Origin: Octopus bimaculoides
Lineage: Eukaryota
Length of the DNA stretch: 64,000 bases
Assembly: GCF_001194135.2 (NCBI RefSeq)
Contig: NC_069001.1
Coordinates: 23,455,528-23,519,527, forward strand
Direction of reading: 5' to 3'
Shown here piece by piece: positions 36,263 through 49,299 of this stretch (position 1 is the stretch's first letter; each line of letters opens with the position of its first letter). The notes under the pieces were generated by a model. The model worked only from the letters and a program-made list of their open reading frames with translations. It did no database searches and was not told the DNA's origin. Position numbers and translations under genes: made by a program.

Positions 36263-37110
36263 TTCATCATCATCATCATCGTCGTTTAACGTCTGTTTTC
36301 CATGCTGGCATGGGTTGGATGGTTTGTCTGAGGGCTGGTGAGCCAGCAGGCTGCACCCGGCTCCAATCCAATCTAGCAATGCACCTATGGCTGAATGCCC
36401 TTCCTAACGCCAACCATTCCAAGAGTGTAGTGGGTGCTTTTTTATGTGCCACCGGCATTAGGGCCAGTCAGGCAGTACTGGCATCAGCTACCCTCGAATG
36501 GTACTTTTTACGTGCCACTGGCATGGGAGCCAGTCAGCCGGCACTGGCATCAACCACACTTGAATGGTGCTTTGTATGTGCTACCGGCATGGGTGCTAAT
36601 CAGGTGGTACTGTCATCAGCCATGACAACGACATCACTTGCCTCAACAGGTCTTCGCAAGTGCAGTTTATTGCCCAATGATTGAAGGGTACTCTTAAATG
36701 GGCTGGTTATGCTGCACTGGTATAGGCCATGGTTACAGTCTCACTTGGTTTGCCAGGTCTTCTCAAGGAGAGCATATCTCCAAAGGTCTCGGTCACTAGT
36801 CATTGCCTTGGTGAGGCCTAGTGTTTGAAGGTCGTGCTTCACCACCTCATCCCAGGTCTTCCTTGGTCTACTTCTTCGTCAGGTTCCCTCTACTGCTAGG
36901 GTGTGACACTTTTTCACACAGCTATCTTCATCCATTCGTACCACATGACCATACCAATGCAGTCATCTCATCTGATGCTTCTTAGGTTCAACTTTTCTCT
37001 CAAGGTACTTACACTCTGTCGTGGATGCACACTGACATTACACATCCAGTGGAGCATACTGGTTTCATTCCTTGCAAACTTATGCATGTCCTCAGCTGCC
37101 ATGGCCCATA
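36263..37110 (-). mobile_element. 3' end of an RTE LINE (ORF C-terminus, 3' UTR with tandem units, (GAT)n tail)
   Basis: ETSMLHWMCNVSVH..LREKLNL...RPRKTWDEVVKHDLQTLGLTKAMTSDRDLWRYA, followed by the family B tail. Confidence 0.85.
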
Positions 37111-37180
37111 AAATTTCTTTATTTGTGTATTAAGGCTACAGTTAGTTTCACGTTAAGAAAAATTATCCTAATATCTTAAC

Positions 37181-37240
<60 letters not shown>

Positions 37241-37249
37241 GTATATCTG

Positions 37250-37462
37250 TTTATGTGTCTTTGTGTTTATCCCCTACCACTGCCTAACAACTAATGTTGT
37301 TGTGTTTACATACCTGTGACCTTGTGGTTCAGCAAAAGTAACCAATACAATATGTACAAGGCTTTAAAAAAACGTACTGGGGCCAATTCATTCAACAAAA
37401 ATATTCTTCAAGGCAGTGCTCCAGCATGGCAACAGTCTAATGACTGAAACAAAAGATAAAAG
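37250..37462 (+). mobile_element. SINE family A 3' half
   Basis: ...gtggttcagcaaaag...aaggcagtgctccagcatggcaacagtctaatgactgaaacaaaagataaaag. Confidence 0.75.
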
Positions 37463-37516
37463 CAATATATAACTACTAAGTTTGTTAGTGGATACCTCTG
37501 GTAGTATTGATAACAA

Positions 37517-39239
37517 CACTATACAACAAATTTCAGGATCAAGAAAAAAACATGGCCCACATGTACCTTTTATTATGAAGTCGATTGTGCTAAAGTCAAA
37601 TTTTATGACAAAAATTTCCCACCACGTCATATTTTCTTGTGAATTACTGACTTAATATCTATGCAGTTTATACCAATTTCCATGATACCATAAATCTATT
37701 TTGTTCCCAAAGTCAGATTAAATATGTCCAGTGTGATTAATTCATAAATATATGATGAATCAGCATGTTTGTTAGCATTTTAGTATTTATTTCTTTGTCT
37801 ATAAGACATCTCAGGTGTGTCATGCTTCAGGTTCCAGCAGAAGTCAGCCAGCATAGCTGGGATCCATTTTCCCTTATACCTGTTTTCTATTGATGCTATA
37901 TCTTGATGGAACCTCTCTCCATGTTCATCACTCACATCTCCTGCATTCCCTGGGAAGAAAGACAGATGAGAATGAATGTATCTTCAATGACATATTGCAT
38001 CTGAGATCTTGGTAGCATTTGATTAGGCTCTCCACTGTACTCTTTTGCTGGGCCACTTGATACTTTCTCAGAAGTCATTTGCATACATCTTTGAATGGAT
38101 ACCAGGCTGCTAGCTCAGTTTCATCCATTTTCACTTCAAAGTCCTCATCAGCTATAAGTTGACGAATCTGAGGGCCTACGAATATGCTCTCTTCAATCTT
38201 AGCATTACTTATTTTAGGGAAGATCGTCTTGAAGTACTGGAAACATGGCTTATTATGTTGCAGTGCTTCATTAGGCCTAGTTTTATATGCTATGGTGGCA
38301 AAATGATTTTCTCCTTAACTAGTGGCTCATGATGTACATTATGGCATCCAGGCATCATAGTTTCCTGAGGTGACCATTCTGAGCATACATAATGTTCTGA
38401 TCTAGCCCTACTGTCCCAAATGAAGCACATAAACTTAGTGTATCTAGTTTGTAGCCCATTAAGTAGGGTTACTTCATTCAAGTCCACACAGATTAGCCAC
38501 TCATGCTCCTTGTAACTTATGTGTTCTAGAATAAAAGCGAGGTTCTCATATGTCTCTCTTGAAATGACTGAGTGAGCAATTGGAACTGAAGGCGTGGTGT
38601 TCCCAATGTGCAACAGAACTGCTTTTATACTGTAAAGGAATGCATCAATGAATAACCTCCACTCATTTGGTTCATAGGTCAGCTCAAGGGTATTAAACAG
38701 GTCTCTGATATCATTACAATAAGTTGTTTTCCAAAGTGAAGAATTGCTGTAGATCTGCAGAATGTTTCCTAAATACTGTTATTCGAGCATCTTTATCCAA
38801 CAGGTTCCATTGATGCAGACATGAGTCCAGAACTTCACTCTGTTGCTTAGTAAGTGTTAGATCACAAACTAGATCATTGAGTTCAGGTTGGGTGATGAGG
38901 TATGGTTTCTTTTCAGATCTACGGATTTGGACCCATATGACTATAAAAAATATTGAGTGCACTTTTATAATTTTCATAGGTTAGATTGACAAATACATTA
39001 GGAATACCTCATTAAAATTATATCCGAATCTGTTCATAACTTTTGCAGTTGTCAGTCTCAGCTCAATCCCATTTGCACTCAATTCCTACGAAATCATCAG
39101 TGAATTTAACGTAAGATAGTAATTTACAAGAAAATGAAGGGTCACCAAAAGAAATGGATGTTATATTCGTGATTTACACACAAAATACCCCTAGAAAAGG
39201 ATTTTCCCATTTCCGTTTTTTTTCCATTGTTATGCAGTG
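37517..39239 (-). mobile_element. Degenerate DDE-type DNA transposon of the widespread LPPLHIKLGLM family; superfamily not securely assigned
   Basis: LLHIGNTTPSVPIAHSV..RETYENLAFILEHISY..WLIC.DL, WDSRARSEHY, EPLVKEKIILPP and IFVGPQIRQL. Ends cactatacaacaa / ttgttatgcagtg+TA, plus a subterminal inverted match. Confidence 0.8.
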
Positions 39240-39754
39240 TAATTAAATACTACAAATCCTTTTATTATGTTTAATAATGAGAGTAGTACAGTAGATTCTC
39301 ATAGATTCTAAAGGCAACCACCATCTTTGTAATCCCTTTCTCCCACCCCCTTCCAATCATTTTCGTGTAAATATACATGAATTGCTTCCTTGGCAACTCA
39401 TTATGCTCTCCCCCTCCCCTGTGTTCATGAATATGACATTTTGGTGACTTTCCACCTGCTACCATTCACTTGTATTCTTATGTCTGTATGAGAGCTGTAT
39501 ACATCTTTTGCATTCATGTGAACTCCCTACCATGCATCCCATTTATATTCTCATCCTTGTATCATGAAAGTATGCCCTGGCACATTTCTGCTACTTCTTT
39601 TACTCTCGTGCTCTCTCATTCTTGCCCTCTCTCCCTCTGACTTGGGTAACCATGTATTTCCTCTACAGTAAGATACTTGCTTCTGTCCCTTTGTCATACT
39701 CTAACCTCTCACCACCCAGCACAAAGCCACCTACTCCAATACCACTACCCTCTC

Positions 39755-40085
39755 AAACTACTTTTGTCTTGCAAGTTACTTGGTGACCTCACCAGTGCTG
39801 GTGCCATGCAAAAAGCATCCAATACACTCTGTGAGGTGGTTGGCATTAGGAAGGGCAGCCAGCCATAGTAACCATGTCAAAGCAGATCTTGCTGGTGCTG
39901 GTGTCACGTAAAAAGCCCCCAGATTACTTTGTAAGGAGGTTGGCATTAGAAATGGTATCTGGTCCTAAAAACTAAATCAAAGCAGACAGTGGAGCTTGCT
40001 GCACTTGTCTGGCTTGTCAGCTTCTGTCAAATCATCCAACACATACCAGAATGGAAAACAGATGTTAAAAAATGATGATGCTGAG
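39755..40085 (+). mobile_element. Family B / RTE 3' UTR copy
   Basis: gaggtggttggcattaggaagggcagccag...ggaaaacagatgttaaaaaatgatgatg. Confidence 0.7.
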
Positions 40086-40957
40086 GAGGAGGATAAATAT
40101 GAACAAGGAGAATGGAATGAGCAATTCATTTCTTACATAATTTTACAATTGTTTCTTTGATATTTTATCAGCGGTTATATTGCTATATTATTATTATGAT
40201 GATGATATAATGTGTGTAACAATATTTTGCATCAGATTATTATACAACTAATATTTCAAAATTGACTCATCAGGTTCATGTATAAAATCCATTTGCTGGA
40301 TTTTCTTTTATTTCAAAAATATATGCACTTCATCCAAGATGTTCTTATCATTTCATTTGTATTCCATAGTTAAAGCAAAAAAACAAATACATTATAAACC
40401 ACAAATTCAGATTAACCAGTCAAGAAACAGAATGATTTATAGTGAATAAAAGAATAAAGGAAATAAATAGACACATAAATGATGGCTAAATACATGATAA
40501 CAATTTTTTTTCTCCAGAACCATACATCTATTAATAGTCAGTGTCTACTCTGATGTTATTAAGGAGGCTGGACATACAATTCACTGTCTACAATTTAATT
40601 TGATATTGCTGCATTTTATTTAGAGTATATGGACAAAAAGTTTTGCCAACGTTTAGTTAAGTGTGAACTGCCAGCAGAATTATTTATCATATTCTCCCTC
40701 TCTCTTGAACACACAAACACAGACATTTTCCTAAATAGATAAAACTGAATTATTTCTATGTTTAAATGTGTTTTTCCTCTAGTAATAAATAAATCAGGAT
40801 ATTAATTAAAGAGATTCAGAGTGGCCAGAAAATCAAAACCTACTTCCCATGTCATTAAATATTTGTGTGTGTGTAATATAAAAAATAATAAATGGATAAT
40901 TTAGAAGAACTAAAGTAAAAATATTGCATACAAATAAATTTTATATGTATGTGTGTG

Positions 40958-41039
<82 letters not shown>

Positions 41040-41777
41040 TAGATATGTATGTATGTATATGTATATATATTTATGTATACAAAGTTATGTAGAACTGTGT
41101 GTGTTTATTAAATATGACCAAAGTAAAATGTTCATATATACCAAAATATATTTCTTTGTAACACATTATCTATTTATATATTATATATTTGTCCAGATAC
41201 TTATTCTTAAATACCTTTTTAGAAATTTTCCAAGATTGATATTAGATGCTACTAAAATAATCATTCCCACTGCATATTTTTTCCTGTGTTTGCTGAAAGT
41301 TTTCCCAAATGTATGAGTCAATCTTGTAATAAGCTCTGAATGCTTGTTAATTAACCCTTTTTTAATTGTAATAATCAGAAAGTCTCTTCCAAACAATGAT
41401 TGCATAATCTGAAATTTGCATCACATGGGTATCCATTCATTGTTTCTGTCATACTTCAAAATAGATTGACTAGAGATGTTTTGTGCATTTTATTCATATC
41501 TTTGAATGATGCAATATGGTTCATTGACTTTTGAAAAATAAATCAAAAGTTGCACCTACACATGCATATTCTTTTCCTGAGTCTGGACAGTACATCTGTA
41601 TACAGGAGGCATTCATTTCCCAGAAGACAAGTAGCTGTATTTCTAAAATTGCATCTTCCATATTATCATAGATATGGTCATTATTTGTGTTACTCATTTT
41701 ACTACAATTGGTATGAAAATTTCAAGGTTAAAATCCAAATGAAATTGATACATGTGTGTGCATGTGAGTGTTTGTAT

Positions 41778-41829
<52 letters not shown>

Positions 41830-42796
41830 ACTACATATGTGGAAAATTGGTGTGTGTTTGTTTGTGGCGTTGTTAGCTAACTGCTCCTATTGATTTTGAT
41901 GAAACTTGACACTTGAATATAACTCATGTTTGGAAACCTCGTGACATACTTAGATTGTTGAAAAAATCGGTAATATGGCCCCTGAAAGGGATCTTTATAT
42001 CTACCTCATATGGCTAATACATTTTTGAATGCCTATTACTCCAATAATTCTGCATTTTTACAGTTACACTTTTTTCCATGACAGTAGATGAATTTTTTAT
42101 TCCACAATGTATTTATAGTGGCTTCATGCAGGCATAGCGTGGATTCGATCCTCGATTGCCAAATTTCACTTAACACTTCAACAGTACTTTTTGCATGGTA
42201 AACTATTTTTCTGTGAATGACAGCAGTTATACATTTCCCAGCTGCCTTCGCTATGCAGAATAATGTCCTTGCCACTTGAACCTCTTAATCTCTTCTAGGC
42301 CACTAGGGGCTGGAATGGAGATAACAGACCTCCAGTGAAATCATTTGTTCTCAACAATATGTCTATCCTTCTGGCTGCTTTTTGATAGTTATAAAAACAA
42401 GAACTCCGTAAGCTAAAGAGCAACCATCAGTGAGTGTGAACGTTATTATTGCACTTTCTTCATTTCTTTCTTAAACATTAAACACTTCATTCATATATTT
42501 ATATACATATATACTACATTTATATATTACCTTTAATAAATTAGCCTTCATAAAGTTCCCCTTTAAAATGCCACAACAAGTCAGAGTACTTTCTCACCAA
42601 CCTCCAAAAACCTCTCTCACCAACCTCAAACAATCTCTCCCTCCTGCAGCTGACAGTGTTTTGTACTTTTTTGAGACAGAAAATATACCTTTTGTGGCAG
42701 TTATAAGGAAATTGCTTTCTTATATCAGAGTAATGAGGTGTTTCAATAGAACATCTTTACCCCTGGGAATTACTGGGTACACCAGCTAGTATATAT

Positions 42797-43013
42797 GTTG
42801 GTCACCTTCTGTTGGTTGTTTTTCCTCGCATTAGGTACTAAATGTGGTTATTTTGAGAAGTCCACTGTGTGGCATTATTATTTTCTGTAATAATGCCCTT
42901 TATATAAATATTAACGAATAATTATATTCTTGGGAATAGAAATTTCCCTTTGAATTTTTTTACACTGTGGCTTCTTGATAAAATTCTTGTAAAAGAGTTT
43001 TATCCGTTTTTGA

Positions 43014-43018
<5 letters not shown>
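42797..43018 (+). mobile_element. Second, collinear copy of the 27.4-27.8 kb element, lacking the hammerhead segment
   Basis: gttggtcaccttctgttggttgtttttcctcgcattaggtac...ataattatattcttgggaatagaaatttccc...ttgaattt followed by (TA)n. Confidence 0.8.
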
Positions 43019-43066
<48 letters not shown>

Positions 43067-43194
43067 GTTTTGTAAATCAAAGCATCAACCAATGTGCTAC
43101 ATGAAACAGATGTAAGAACATTTCAGAATATATAAAATAGATTATCCACTTTACTTCAGCTCCTAATGATTATCACTTCATAAGCAATTTATCT

Positions 43195-43620
43195 TTTATC
43201 TCTCATTTGTTTCAGTCATTAGACTGCAGCCATGCTGGGGCATAGCTGCTTTCAATGGTTTAGTTGAACAAATCAACCCCTCTACTTATCTATTTTTAAA
43301 ATCTAGTATTTATTTCATTGATCTTTTTTTCTTAAGCCACTAAGTTACAGGGACATAAACTCACCAACACTGGCTGTTAAGTGGTGGGGTAGAGCACCAA
43401 CACAAAGATACATGCACACACAAATACACACACAAATACACACACACGCATACATACTATGGGTTTTTTCAGTTTCTGTCTACCAGATCCACTCATAAGG
43501 CTTTGGTCAACCTGGGGCTGTAGTAGAAAACACTTGCCCAGGGTGCTATGCTGTTGGAACAGAGCCTGTAGTCATGTGGTTGGGAAGCAAACTTCTGACC
43601 ACACAGCCATGCTTACGCCT
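43195..43620 (-). mobile_element. SINE family A, full length, diverged
   Basis: catttgtttcagtcattagactgcagccatgctggg...catgtggttgggaagcaaacttctgaccacacagccatgc. Confidence 0.8.
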
Positions 43621-43919
43621 ATGTTCTCCTTAGAAAATTGAAAGGGGTAGTCAGTCCCTGAAGAAATCCCATAACATGACTGAAACTAGTCAAGCTGACC
43701 CTTCATTTTTTTTGTTCATGAATACAACTGTTTACACTTGTCTATACATATAGTGTTAGACGATAGTATCTAGATGTGCTCTTTAGTACAGTGTTGTAAT
43801 TTTAGCAGCTTTTTAATGCAATGCACATTAAATATTGTTTTTATACAGAAAACACCTCGAAATTAGTGATTCTTGAAACAATTCTGTTTTTCAACTACAC
43901 CACCACCACCACCACCACC

Positions 43920-44480
43920 ACCATCATTTAACATCTGTTCTCCATGCTGGCCTGAACTGGATGGTTTGACAGGAGCTGACCAGCTGGAGAGCTGTCCAGT
44001 TTCTGTTTGTCTGATTTGGCTTGGTTTCGACAGCTGGATGCCTTTCCTAATGCCAACCACTCTACAGAGTGTCCTGGGTGTTCTTACGTGGCACTGGCAT
44101 CGGTGCTTTTATGTGACAATGGCACAGGGACTTTTATGTGGAACCAGCACAAGTGCTTTCCATAGCACCAGCATCCACTAGCCCACAAGACTGAGAACAT
44201 CACCATCATCATTTAACATCCGTTTTCTATGCTGGCATGGGTTGGACAGTTTGACTGAAAACTGGTAAGCCAGGGAGCTGCACCAGGTTCCAGTTTGATT
44301 TGGCATAGTTTTCCACAGTTGAATGCCCTTCCTAATGCCAACCACTCCAAGAGTGTAGTGGATGCTTTTTGCATGCCACTGGTATGGGTGCCAGTCACAA
44401 AACACTGGCATTGGCCACAACCATGATCTCACTTGACTTGAGAGGTCTTCTCAAGCAAGGTATATTGCGAAAGGTCTCGG
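43920..44480 (-). mobile_element. Two tandem family B / RTE 3' UTR copies
   Basis: catcatttaacatc...catgctggc...ggatgcc(c)ttcctaatgccaaccactc at about 43921 and again at about 44205. Confidence 0.75.
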
Positions 44481-44796
44481 AACTGTGGGACCCGAAGTTT
44501 GAAGGGTGTTTCTTATGTGCTAGCAGCATGAATGCCAGTTACACAACACAGGCATTTGCCATGACTAGAACACCCATAAAAATTTACACTGCTCCACTAT
44601 ATTTACTAATCAATTCCTGCGTAAGTCCAATAAGTAAATTAATGTGACTGATGATGACATATCAGAGAAAAGTATGTTCAGAGTTGTCTCCCATATTTCC
44701 AGGGGAAAATAAAAACAGTTATTGACTAGTATAGTTTTGTGTAAAGTTACTGTAATTATCACAATATTAAAAGCATACTTGATGTTTGAGATTCAA

Positions 44797-44868
44797 AATA
44801 TGTATAGTATAATTGTAAGTAACTCCACTTGTCATGCAGGAGACAGGGGTTCAATTCGCTGTTGGGAT
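44797..44868 (+). pseudogene. tRNA-Asp(GTC)-derived pseudogene
   Basis: tagtataattgtaagtaactccacttGTCatgcaggagacaggggttcaattcgctgttggga aligns by eye to eukaryotic tRNA-Asp (tagtatagtggtgagtatccccgcctGTCacgcgggagaccggggttcgattccccgacgggga). The acceptor stem is disrupted. Confidence 0.7.
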
Positions 44869-44869
44869 G

Positions 44870-45310
44870 CTTCTCAACCATATGGTTCCAGGTTCAGTCT
44901 CACTTCATGAAACCTTGGGTAAGGGTCTTCTACTACAGCCACGGCCTGGGCCAACCAAAGCCTTGTTAGTGGATTTGGTAGAGAGAAACTGAAAGAAACC
45001 CTTTGTGTATGGGTGTATGTGTGTGCTTGTATATATATATATATATATATAAATATACATATATGTATGTATGTATGTATTTATCTATATATATACATAT
45101 ATATGTATATATATGTGTGTGTGTATGTATATATATATATGTATGAGTGTGCGTTCGTGCTTGTGTTTGTCTCCAATCACCACTTGACAACTGGTGTTGG
45201 GGTGTTTACATCCCTGTAACTTAGCAGTTCAGCAAAAGACACCAATAAAACAAGTACTAGGCTTAAAAAGAAAATAAGTACTAGAGTTATTTCATTCGAC
45301 TAAAAATTGG
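44870..45310 (+). mobile_element. SINE family A lacking its normal 5' start
   Basis: It begins at cttctcaaccatatggttccaggttcagtc, directly after the tRNA-Asp pseudogene. Confidence 0.8.
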
Positions 45311-45949
45311 GTAAGGTTGGATGTAGTGAATAGTGGTCAAGGGATGGCCAATGATGCATATTAGTTGGGTGAAAACGGAACAGAGCAGGAAATGACTGAC
45401 ATTGTAGAAAATGCGTCATAACCTTAACTTAACTACATTTACTTTCTCAGGGTATAAAATATATTCCATTATATTTCAATATATATTCCACTGTTTGAAA
45501 ACTTTCTTCTACTCTTTACTGATATTAAGCATTGTTTTCTTGGTTTCCACTGTTTTGTTATATATTTTATTGTCAGGATCACATAACAGAAATGGGGAGT
45601 TACAGGGTGTTGTTAAACTGATAGTATTGAAGTATTTAAGTGCTGTTGTTTAGTCCCAAGTAAGCCCTGATCAAACTGACCTGTGATGAAGGATGCTCCA
45701 GCCTGGTGACTCTTGATGTTTTTTTGTCATAGTATATCTAGGCTTTGATCAGGGATTGTCAACAATTTTTTACCGATGGACCCCTTTGATTCCTGTTTTA
45801 CTTGGGTGGACCCTCAGAGCCATTTGAAGATTAAGAAATCCTGTTATTTTAATAATCAAATATTATTAGGATATGCATTAAAATTGCTAAAATATCTTGT
45901 GCATTGTATACATAAAACCAATTTATTACACATAATCTTTAACAACGGA

Positions 45950-46350
45950 GGTGCAGGAGTGACTGTGTGGTAAGTAGCTTGCTTACCAACCACATGGTTC
46001 CGGGTTCAGTCCCACTGCATGGCACCTTGGGCAAGAGTCTTCTACTATAGCCTCAGGTCGACCAAAGCCTTGTGAGTGGATTTGGTAGACGGAAACTGAA
46101 AGAAGCCTGTGGTATATATGTGTATATATATATGTATGTGTGTATGTGTCTGTGTTTGCCCCCCCCCCCAACATCGCTTGACAACCAATGCTGGTGTGTT
46201 TATGTCCCTGTAACTTAGTGGTTTGGCAAAAGAGACCGATAGAATAAGTACTAGGCTTACAAAGAATAAGTCCTGGGGTCAATTTGCTCGGCTAAAGGCA
46301 GTGCTCCAGCATGACCACAGTCAAATGACTGAAACAAGTAAAAGAGAGTA
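45950..46350 (+). mobile_element. SINE family A, well-preserved full-length copy
   Basis: ggtgcaggagtgactgtgtggtaagtagcttgcttaccaaccacatggttccgggttcagtccc...gtcaaatgactgaaacaagtaaaagagag. Confidence 0.9.
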
Positions 46351-47285
46351 AATGAGAGAACAGACTAAATTCTATGACAAATAAATGTTCTCTAGTAAGA
46401 TGAGTCAGAAAAATACAAGGACATATTCATGAACAGAAGGTAGTCATTTAATGCAAGCATTGTGGTTGATGCTGCTCTGCTAGTTTTGCAATATTCAGCT
46501 CCAACATTGTCAATGGTAATCGAAGATCACCTCTTTCTACAATGACAAGTCAATTACGGGCTTTTGACAGTAAGTTAGTGACACGGCTGAAATCAGATTC
46601 ACCAAGGTAATACAAAGGGAAAGCAGTAACTTACAACTGCGCTTTCTCCCACACTGAAAAGTGGATACTTTGTAGCAGTGTCATTACTTTTCCATACATT
46701 ATGTTCCTCATCTTTAAATCTTGCCTGAAATATTTTATCATTCAGTAATTCTCCTGAAATCAGATATCCACATCAGCATCATTAATTTCAAAAGAAAGCA
46801 TCACCCAACATGGTATATTTAACTTCAGTTAGTCACTAAACTGAGCTTGCATATCATCATGCAGGTTTTTCAAATGTTCAGCATACAATACAATAAGTCA
46901 TCATAATGCAGATTACTGTTAATTGATTTCAAACTTGGAAATTGTAATGATGCACAACATACCATATTCATTTTGCAGAGATGTACTGTGGAGGATGTGA
47001 GATCAGAGTTTTTTCCTTGAAGCTGTTTATTAAACAAATTAATTTTATCAAATATATCTGATAAATAAAAAATATCAAACTTAGCTGCAATGATTTGTTG
47101 GCTAAGATTGTCATCAGCCAGAAATGAGACAATAGTGTCCTAAAGTGCAACAAAATGGCATAGCCAATCACCTTTTGATAACTGTCTCACCTCCATGTCT
47201 ATAAAGATTTTGTTGTTTAAATTTATCTACAATAAATTGCCTATACTTTTAGAATCTACAAAATATTTCAATATTTTTTTAATAT

Positions 47286-47396
47286 AATTCCTAATAATAG
47301 TTAATTATAAAAATACAATTATACAATTCCTAATAATAGTTAATTATAAAAATACAATTATACAATTCCTAATAATAGTTAATTATAAAAATACAA
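47286..47396 (+). repeat. 39 bp minisatellite, about 2.8 identical units
   Basis: aattcctaataatagttaattataaaaatacaattatac repeated. Confidence 0.9.
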
Positions 47397-47789
47397 AAGG
47401 ATTTTTTTAAAGCATTAAATGGCTAGGAGGGTCCTTCTGAATAAAACAGGAACTAAAGGGGTGATAGGTTAAAAAATGGTTGAGAAACAATGCTCTAGAT
47501 TATGATTTTATGTAAAATTGGCTGATATTTCTGACAGACTAAGGAATTACATTGAGGATCCCTTGTTACTTTTCTATTTTGAATTTTGTTGTCATTTAAC
47601 CCCAGGTCAAGCAGAACTATGACCAAAAATATTCCATCCATAACTATCCTGTCCTTTTTTCAGACTGTGTATCCAAGACTATTTGGGATGTGTCAGTTTC
47701 TTATTTAGCATAATAATGAGTAACCTGAGGGAGATGAGTCTACTATTTCTAGTAGGTCAACAAATTCCAGGTTCCCTTTTAGATATCAT

Positions 47790-48013
47790 TTTATCTTTTT
47801 AACTGTTCCAGTCATTAAACTGCTGCCATGTTGGGGCACCACCTTCAATTCTTAGTCAAATAAATCAACCTCGGTACTTTGGTACATACTCTATTGGTTC
47901 TCTTTTGATGAACCTCTAAGTCACAAGGATGAAACACCTACACCAAAACACCTACATGAAACATCTACATCATTGTCAAGCAATGATGGGGGTGGGGTCA
48001 AACACAGACACAT

Positions 48014-48051
<38 letters not shown>

Positions 48052-48215
48052 ACAATGGGCTTCTTTCAGCTTCCTTCTACCAAATCCACTCACCAGGCTT
48101 TGGTTGGTTCAAGGCTATAGTAGAAGTTGCTTGCCCAAGGTACCGTGCAATGGGACTGAACCTAGAATGATGCAGTTGGGAAGCAAGCTTCTTACCACAC
48201 AACCACACCTGTACC
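47790..48215 (-). mobile_element. SINE family A, full length
   Basis: ccagtcattaaactgctgccatgttggggcaccacc...gggaagcaagcttcttaccacacaaccacacctg. Confidence 0.8.
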
Positions 48216-49127
48216 TGGACAGGTGAAAAGATAAGTGAACAGATCAGCTTGTTATGATTTACAATACCTGTCTACCACCTTGCATCAGGTGAGTCTTTGA
48301 CAGGAAGTAATTTGGTATCCACTTTGATGAATGTGTAAGTATGTGTGTGTTTGTGAGTGCGTGAGTATGTGCTTGTGAGTGTGTGTATGTGTTTGTGAAT
48401 GTGTGTATGTATGTGTATTTGTGAGTGCATGTATGTTTGTAAGTATGTATGTTTGTGAGTGTGTGTATGTGCGTTTATGAGTGTGTGTATGTTTGTGAGT
48501 GCATATGTGCGTTTGTGAGTTCATCTGTGCGTGTGTATGTGTGTGTGAGTGTATCTGTGTGTGTTTGTAAATGTGTGTGCATTTGTGAATGAGTTTGCGT
48601 TTGTAAGTCCATGTGTGTGTGTGCGTTTGTGTCTGTGAGTGTATGTATGCGTGTTTGTGAGTGTGTGTATGTGCATTTGAGAATCCATATGTGTGTGTTT
48701 GTGAGTGTGTGTACCTGTATATGTAGTGGTGCTTCTTTTCTACCGAAACCTTTCCTTGTGGTTATTCTTATCGTTGTTATGGTAGTTCTGTTCTGGTTTG
48801 AGAATCTGAACTTTAGTTAGTCAATTATTTTAATGGCCGTAAATAGCTTGTAATGAAATAAGGTAGTCCCATTTCATTTTGTACTGAATATATAACAAAA
48901 AAAAAAATGCTTAAAAAAAACCCATTTAGTAAGATTTATTACAGATTTTTATATCTTATTTTTAAATGTTTTTCCCTTTTTATTTATTTAATTTATTTTT
49001 ATGTCCTTTGTTATTTAGTTTTCTTATATGTGTATGTATATATGTGTTTGCATGTGTGTGTGTGTATATATAAATTTATATGTATATATATATAATGTAT
49101 TTGTATGTGTATGTATGTATATATGAA

Positions 49128-49159
<32 letters not shown>

Positions 49160-49246
49160 AGCATATATATTTGTTTATATATGCATACATACATCTATGT
49201 TTTGTATATAAACATATATGTTCATATATGCTTAAACATATGTATA

Positions 49247-49299
<53 letters not shown>

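Larger units (their letters stand above)
45750..47492 (-). mobile_element. hAT (Charlie/ZBED-like) DNA transposon remnant
   Basis: The inverted ends at about 45750-45820 and 47420-47492 match, and the right flank ctctagat fits the Charlie target preference. Minus translation at about 46445-46660 gives ESDFSRVTNLLSKARN.LVIVERGDLRLPLTMLELNIAKLAEQHQ, a hAT C-terminal dimerisation region. Confidence 0.7.

Noticed and set aside
42036-42350. 79 aa minus ORF and nearby acceptor-like sites on both strands
   Set aside because: Several mutually exclusive frames, each ending in a stop without a donor, and no homology recognised.
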